Below, piece by piece: positions 31,486 through 32,000 of a DNA stretch of 32,000 nucleotides. Below the pieces are notes generated by a model that worked only from the letters and a program-made list of their open reading frames with translations, did no database searches and was not told the origin of the DNA. Numbering within the stretch: the first letter of the stretch is position 1; each line of letters opens with the position of its first letter. Source of the stretch: an archaeon (GTDB lineage: Archaea > Nanobdellota > Nanobdellia > SCGC-AAA011-G17 > GW2011-AR17). A program made the position numbers and the translations under genes. The stretch spans positions 1-32,000 of the forward strand of contig JABHLH010000002.1 in NCBI GenBank assembly GCA_018692925.1, given 5' to 3'.

Positions 31486-31521
31486 TTTTAAAAGGCTCAC
31501 GCCTGTATGTCCTGTCCGGAC
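31486..31521 (-). promoter_or_regulatory. lhr promoter: TATA (TTTTAAAA) preceded by a 28-nt GC-rich element containing the palindrome GTCCGGAC
   Basis: On the minus strand the sequence reads GTCCGGACAGGACATACAGGCGTGAGCC-TTTTAAAA-N22-ATG. The GC-rich block (31494..31521) is a clear compositional outlier in this window and starts immediately after the upstream stop codon. Confidence 0.4.
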
Positions 31522-31998
31522 TCAATTAAAATTTCCCCTAATTCTTCTTAACTGTTCTAATATTATTGCTTCAGGGGTAAATGAAAATACATAAGATAAT
31601 GATCTCCAATGTTCTTCAGGAATATTTCCTATATGTTCTTCAAATTCACTATATGTTTCTTCAATTGTACTTCTTTGTTCTTCTAATTCTTTTTTTCTTC
31701 TAATTGCTCTTTCATATATTTTTGTAAAAATAGGATTTCTTCTTCCAGAGCTTGTATTTAATTTCAAAGTTTTAATTGTTTCTGTCATTTCTTCAATTAA
31801 TCTATCCTTTGTTCCAATTAAATTTTCAGAATCTCTTTTAACTCCATTAATTCCTGCTGAAGTCACTAGGCTAGCTTTTATTTCTTCTAAATTTAATCCA
31901 CCATACTCCTTTGTTCCCATAATATTTTCAATTACATGTCTTAATTCATGATCTACTGTTTCAATTTCTCTTTTTTCTTCAAAATCCATCGTACTCAT
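31522..31998 (-). CDS. Hypothetical charged helical protein (may extend beyond the right edge)
   Basis: 158-aa ORF whose first ATG lies 2 nt from the window end, so the true N-terminus is unknown. It contains HELRH near the start. No family recognised. Confidence 0.5.
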   Translation of the reverse strand: MSTMDFEEKREIETVDHELRHVIENIMGTKEYGGLNLEEIKASLVTSAGINGVKRDSENLIGTKDRLIEEMTETIKTLKLNTSSGRRNPIFTKIYERAIRRKKELEEQRSTIEETYSEFEEHIGNIPEEHWRSLSYVFSFTPEAIILEQLRRIRGNFN

Positions 31999-32000
31999 TC

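Noticed and set aside
31494-31507. The 14-mer GGCTCACGCCTGTA is identical to the start of the human Alu/7SL-derived consensus; contamination or an SRP-RNA-like element was considered
   Set aside because: Identity stops after 14 nt and the flanks are native AT-rich sequence in the correct promoter context. The gap is far too short for an SRP RNA. It is most likely coincidence.
31522-31998. HELRH (HExxH) near the N-terminus suggested a zinc metalloprotease
   Set aside because: There is no third ligand motif or protease-like context. The rest of the protein is a charged helical sequence. The N-terminus may be truncated by the window edge. A five-residue motif alone is insufficient.

Overview
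AT-rich (about 30% GC by eye), very gene-dense fragment of an archaeal genome. There is no intergenic gap over about 150 nt, many gene overlaps of 1-35 nt, and no tRNA, rRNA or CRISPR. Archaeal origin is supported by an aRF1 release factor (NIKD, YxCxxxF and GGQ motifs), an RPA-type ssDNA-binding protein with a zinc ribbon, a eukaryote/archaeal-type TrpRS, ValRS, ScpB and an Lhr helicase. Most gaps also carry a TATA box 20-27 nt upstream of the ATG, which implies leaderless mRNAs. The compactness and the abundance of secreted or membrane proteins suggest a small-genome DPANN-like archaeon, but that is inference. The window has three kinds of content. (1) Housekeeping genes: rpa, scpB, prf1, valS, trpS, lhr. 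(2) A tightly overlapped six-gene operon with scpB, two STT3/AglB-like GT-C proteins, a processive GT2 synthase, a CxxC-less thioredoxin-fold-like protein and a third GT-C protein. (3) A large secretome. It includes a family of cysteine-rich proteins that share a near-identical promoter/SD/signal-peptide cassette (three copies, one frameshifted). It also includes a 1430-aa protein with about 100 cysteines, and three weakly paralogous acidic surface proteins with lipobox-like or anchor N-termini. The most unusual items are listed here. A canonical GGDEF diguanylate cyclase (GGEEF plus RxxD I-site) sits between valS and trpS in an archaeal context. A 131-aa mini-intein is inserted exactly after the catalytic GGQ of aRF1. 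A zinc-ribbon-Doc fusion has an overlapping downstream micro-ORF. A radical SAM/SPASM enzyme is convergent with the giant Cys-rich gene. An Lhr / small Cys protein / PdeM-like phosphoesterase module is present. Two half-size transporters are present (a 6-TM MFS half and a 3-TM SemiSWEET-like protein). All functional calls rest on motifs read by eye from the supplied translations; no database search was possible.
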